A stretch of DNA of 64,000 bases from the NCBI GenBank assembly GCA_963745835.1, contig CAVUZH010000019.1:486360-550359 (forward strand), in the 5' to 3' direction. Shown one piece after another: positions 62,407 through 64,000 of the stretch; position 1 is the first letter of the stretch, and every line of letters starts with the position of its first letter. A model generated the notes under the pieces. That model was not told the DNA's origin and did not search any database. It saw only the letters and a program-made list of their open reading frames with translations. The translations under genes were made by a program, and so were the position numbers. The stretch is from an uncultured delta proteobacterium. Lineage in GTDB: Bacteria > Desulfobacterota > Binatia > UBA9968.

Positions 62407-62544
62407 GGATGATCAGGAGCTGGGTAACGTCAAACGAAGGTCGGAAGGAGATAACTACCGATCACGAAGTGTGTCATCAGTTTACACTGGCCCACACAGA
62501 ATCAAATGAGTACGTCCTTCAGGCCCTGATTCTCTGAGGAGTCT

Positions 62545-62620
62545 GTCATTCCCGCATGCTTCTAGCGGGAATCCAGGCGGAATTCGGACTGGACCCCCGA
62601 TTAAAACATTCGGGGGTGAC
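62545..62620. repeat. REP/RPE-like bipartite palindromic element
   Basis: GTCATTCCCGC...GCGGGAATCCAG...CTGGACCCCCGA...TCGGGGGTGAC. Confidence 0.75.
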
Positions 62621-62776
62621 GGTCTTGGGTAGTCGCATCTCTTCACCTTCGCCGAAATTTTCGAAGGAGTACCACGAAGGTTTCAGATTCATTTGTTTTG
62701 ACTTCGTACTCTTCATGGTGAATTTGATGTTTCACAGCTCGCAAGTTGCTGCTCAGTTTTCTGCAGGAATAGCAGA

Positions 62777-63747
62777 TCATGCCAACGCTGCGCGGATCGC
62801 ATCGACGATGCGATCGTCTCGCGGCCCGATGTATTCTTCCAATGGCGGGCTAAAGGGCACCGGCACATCCAGAGTGGAGACACGGCGAATGCGCGTCTTC
62901 AACTTATCGAAACCGCTCTCGGCGATGCGCGCGGCGATTTCGGCAGCGACTCCGCAACTCTGATGCGTCTCGTCGACGAGCACCACGCGATGGGTCTTCT
63001 CGATTGAGGACAGGATGGTTGCCAGGTCGAACGGCACCAAGGTGCGTGGATCGATGACCTCGACGTCGATGTTCTCCTTGGCCAACTGCTCGGCAACTTT
63101 GAGGCAGCGCTGGACGGTATATGAGGTTGCGATCACCGTCACGTCGCCGCCCTTGCGCTTGATGTCTGCAACACCGAATGGAATCGGCTTTTCGTCTTCG
63201 GCAACTTCACCGCGCACGTCCAGAAGCTTAACGTGGTCGACAAAGATCGTCGGGTTGTCACTGGAAACGGCTGTCTTGAGCAGGCCTTTGACATCGCGCG
63301 GCGTGGATGGAAGCACGATCTCCAAACCAGGCACATTCCACAGCATCGCCTGGGGGCTGCCCGAGTGCTGTGCCGCGCCACCACCGCGGAGTCCGTGAAA
63401 TAGATGGAAGACCACCGGCACCCGGGTCTGGCCACCGGACATGTAATAAGCGTTGGCCGCTTCATTGGCGACTTGCGGCCACGCCTCATAGATGAAACTA
63501 CCGGTGCTCAGATCGACGATGGGACGGAGACCGGCCATCGCCGCTCCCGTGGCCAGCCCGCAGAAGCCAAGTTCGGAAATAGGCGGCGAGATCATGCGCT
63601 CCCGGTATTTCTGCAGAAGCTTCTGATAGACGTGGCGGTGCGGGCTCAGGCTCAGGAACGTGCCATTGATCAAGTGCACTCGCCCATCGCCGGCCATAAT
63701 TTCGTCCAATGCCTCGAACTTCATTCGTAATAGTTTAGCTCTCTCAT
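62777..63747 (-). CDS. Second E1 beta subunit (apparent frameshift after about 8 codons)
   Basis: MRELNYYE then FEALDEIM; PPISELGF, AQHSG, EVIDPRTL. Confidence 0.85.
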
Positions 63748-63756
63748 ATAAGGTCC

Positions 63757-64000
63757 TCAGGCTGCTGAAAAACACCCATATGCTTCGTTGGGCTCGAGTT
63801 CCTCGCTGAGACATACAAAAAAAGTTGAACTTCGATCGTCGATACTTCGCCCGTCTTGCATCTGGGTCTTTTTGAACGGCCTCTGGACGGTCTTGAAGGT
63901 CGATTCGGCGAAGAAGTCGCGCTCTGCTTCTTCGGGTTTCGGATAGGGACTAGCCACTGCAAATACAAAGGCGGAGGCGATTTCGTCTTTGACTTGCTGT
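63757..64000 (-). CDS. 3' end of a second E1 alpha subunit, partial, extended through a MITE
   Basis: EIASAFVFAVASPYPKPEEAERDFFA is a typical E1 alpha tail; the stop TGA lies in the repeat's TIR. Confidence 0.7.
   Translation of the reverse strand, partial: QQVKDEIASAFVFAVASPYPKPEEAERDFFAESTFKTVQRPFKKTQMQDGRSIDDRSSTFFVCLSEELEPNEAYGCFSAA
63758..63883 (-). mobile_element. MITE-like repeat, copy 4
   Basis: Reverse complement GAGGCCGTTCAAAAAGACCCAGATGCAAG...CAACGAAGCATATGGGTGTTTTTCAGCAGCCTG aligns to copy 1. Confidence 0.75.

Overview
This GC-rich bacterial chromosomal window is probably from a Binatia/deltaproteobacteria-like genome (inferred from the many orphan NitT/TauT solute-binding proteins, amidohydrolases and STAND adenylate cyclases). 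It contains many 1-bp indels, which may be sequencing errors or gene decay. There are five main results. (1) A decayed IS110/IS1111-type recombinase element (about 16224-17603) has intact ends. Its downstream non-coding region contains two symmetric guide loops, one matching the insertion target and one matching the element's own circle junction, which is a readable bridge/seek RNA. (2) The reconstructed empty target is identical over 18 nt to the terminal repeat of a 125-140 bp MITE-like repeat present about four times in the window, so this IS appears programmed to insert into another repeat's ends. (3) A sigma54-activated operon (diiron protein, FAD oxidase, OsmC, GNAT, DsrE, methyltransferase) ends in a gene that reads through a UGA followed by a SECIS-like hairpin, a probable selenoprotein. 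(4) Near-consensus sigma54 promoters precede katE, a duplicated CsbD/ElaB-like gene and a 68-aa protein with a eukaryote-type C2H2 zinc finger. (5) The window also carries mazEF, a LigC-type ligase, a class A PBP, ExeA, tandem cyclase-AAA-TPR genes and two E1 alpha/beta pairs. No rRNA, tRNA or CRISPR array was seen. All calls come from reading the sequence; no searches were run.
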